Source of the DNA: a virus
Taxonomy: Duplodnaviria; Heunggongvirae; Uroviricota; Caudoviricetes
Reading direction: 5' to 3' (one strand)
Virus record (IMG/VR): IMGVR_UViG_3300022660_000062
Coordinates: 64,001-90,407 of that record
Length of the DNA: 26,407 nt
Both the position numbers and the translations under genes were made by a program. Position 1 is the stretch's first letter, and every line of letters begins with the position of its first letter. Of this stretch, positions 24,908 to 26,407 are shown in pieces. Under the pieces are notes generated by a model. It did no database searches. It was given only the letters and a program-made list of their open reading frames with translations, and was not told the DNA's origin.

Positions 24908-26044
24908 ATGGCAGAATTAAAAACTCAAATTCTAATCCGTAATGATTCCGCAGAAAACTGGACTACAAAGAATCCTGTTCTCGGTGTTGGTGAGTTTGGT
25001 GTCGAAGTTGGTGCTAATGATAACAAGCTGAAGATTGGTGATGGCCAAACAGCTTGGAACGCACTTCCTTATACCTACAACTTAACTGAACTTCAAAGAA
25101 TTGCATTGTTTGAGAATGACTTAACAATGACTATGCAGTTCGGTAAGTACACTCCTGATGCTAGCGGATCCGTTGTTGTTCCTGCAGCAGGCATGACTGC
25201 TGAGCAAGTTTTGCTCGGAGCATTTGCGGAAGCAAAAGATCCTACAGTTAATGATCCTACTCTGAGTTTAACAACTAGCGGTAATCAGTCAGGTGAGGTT
25301 GGTACAGCTTATGCTTTGCCACACGCTACAGCTTCTGTTACTACAGGTTCTTATGAATATGGTTCAAAAGATGCTTCTGATGTTAAGTACAGTGACACTG
25401 GCACAGGCATCACATTCACATCAATCAAAGTGTCTTGCGAGGATCCGGCTAAGGAAACTTCAAGCTCTAACTCCAATGCTAATCTGCAATTGAAGTTGAC
25501 AACAACTGAACTTCCTGACGCTAACAGAAAGTTTGAAACTACAGCAAAGACTATCAAGTTCAGTGCTGAGGCAACTCATCCTGCGTCTGCTCGCACACCT
25601 GTTAATAACTTGGGAACAAAGGTTGATGATCTCGCAATTGATGGTGAAACATTAACCGCAACTGCTTCTTTAACTATTACAGGCTATCGTTGCTGGTTTA
25701 CTTATGTTGGAGCTGACTGCACATCAACAGTTGACTCTGCATTCATCCGTAATAACGCAACTAATAAGGGCAATCATGTAAATGCAGGAAATGTTACTTT
25801 AACAGTTAGAGACGGTAATCTTGACAAGCGTGTGCTGATTGCAATTCCTGCAACAGGTAAGAACTTGACTAAGGTAATTGACGTTAAGGGTATGGGTCTT
25901 GACATCTTTGCTGGTGGTAAGTTTACTCACAAGGTTGTTTCTGTTGAAGGTGCTAATGGTTATAGTGCTATCAACTATGACGTTTGGGTGTACGAGAATG
26001 CAAATGGTTTTGCAGGAACTACACTTAACTGCACAATCGGTTAA
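24908..26044 (+). CDS. Tail protein with Mtd_N-like (major tropism determinant N-terminal) domain
   Basis: IRNDSAENWTTKNPVLGVGEFGVE...KLKIGDGQTAWNALPY is the Mtd_N/hyaluronidase-N signature; Thr/Ser-rich beta C-terminus. Confidence 0.75.
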   Translation: MAELKTQILIRNDSAENWTTKNPVLGVGEFGVEVGANDNKLKIGDGQTAWNALPYTYNLTELQRIALFENDLTMTMQFGKYTPDASGSVVVPAAGMTAEQVLLGAFAEAKDPTVNDPTLSLTTSGNQSGEVGTAYALPHATASVTTGSYEYGSKDASDVKYSDTGTGITFTSIKVSCEDPAKETSSSNSNANLQLKLTTTELPDANRKFETTAKTIKFSAEATHPASARTPVNNLGTKVDDLAIDGETLTATASLTITGYRCWFTYVGADCTSTVDSAFIRNNATNKGNHVNAGNVTLTVRDGNLDKRVLIAIPATGKNLTKVIDVKGMGLDIFAGGKFTHKVVSVEGANGYSAINYDVWVYENANGFAGTTLNCTIG

Positions 26045-26067
26045 TCAAGTGAGAGGAGAATAACATA

Positions 26068-26407
26068 ATGGCATACGAATATCAAGGTTTTGCCACACTT
26101 GGCGTTAACCTGAATCGTCAGAACTACGGTGCACTTGATATTTCTCAGGTGTTTACAAGCCTGAACGATTTGAAGTACTATGTAAGTAAGGGCGCATATA
26201 CAACAGACGTATCTACTTACTGGTACGAATCTGAAGATAAGAAAGTTGTTCCTTATCCTTATGCTGGTCAATATTTGGCCCTTGTCGATAATGACACTCG
26301 TAAGGTAACAGCTTATATTCTGGAAGAGAAAGCAGACGGCACATTTGACTACAAGGAAGTTGGCATCACTCCTATCGGTGATGATAAGCCTGTTGCAGTT
26401 GCTACCG
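26068..26407 (+). CDS. Partial (3'-truncated) tail-associated hypothetical protein
   Basis: GAGAGGAG RBS and ATG 26068; open to the window end (MAYEYQGFATLGVNLNRQNYGALDISQVF...PYAGQYLALV). Not in the ORF track. Confidence 0.8.
   Translation, partial: MAYEYQGFATLGVNLNRQNYGALDISQVFTSLNDLKYYVSKGAYTTDVSTYWYESEDKKVVPYPYAGQYLALVDNDTRKVTAYILEEKADGTFDYKEVGITPIGDDKPVAVAT

Noticed and set aside
17-26271. All minus-strand ORFs and short alternative-frame plus-strand ORFs in the track
   Set aside because: They lie almost wholly within long, motif-bearing + strand genes and show no recognisable domains; treated as shadow ORFs.
1-26407. Stop-codon recoding (TAG to Gln), as in some large gut phages
   Set aside because: No called gene ends in TAG, but the long ORFs contain no in-frame TAG and coding density is already high under code 11, so there is no positive evidence here.

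Overview
AT-rich window with all credible genes on the + strand. It reads as part of a large tailed dsDNA phage. The host is probably Bacillota/Clostridia, inferred from the lysin domain types, sigmaA-type promoters and strong Shine-Dalgarno sites. In order it contains: (i) accessory and nucleotide genes (Zn-ribbon protein, Tpt1/KptA RNA 2'-phosphotransferase, dCMP deaminase, a short HTH replication-initiator-like gene); (ii) a 1629-aa acidic protein made of about 20 small modules, including a SAM methyltransferase and two Zn-ribbons, separated by recurrent hydrophobic-X-Glu-Ser/Ala motifs; (iii) three tandem multi-catalytic cell-wall hydrolases, an HD-like gene and a holin; (iv) four acidic genes, three carrying the same L/V-X-E-S motif, one of them ferritin-like; (v) a baseplate/tail-fibre module ending in an Mtd_N-type protein. 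The strongest candidate for an undescribed system is a capsid-packaged cargo system: T4-like N-terminal targeting leaders plus polyproteins that a prohead protease would cut into many small injected effectors. The second candidate is a three-gene lysin set with nine predicted catalytic domains and a shared non-catalytic tag. All family assignments come from motif recognition by eye; no database searches were run.
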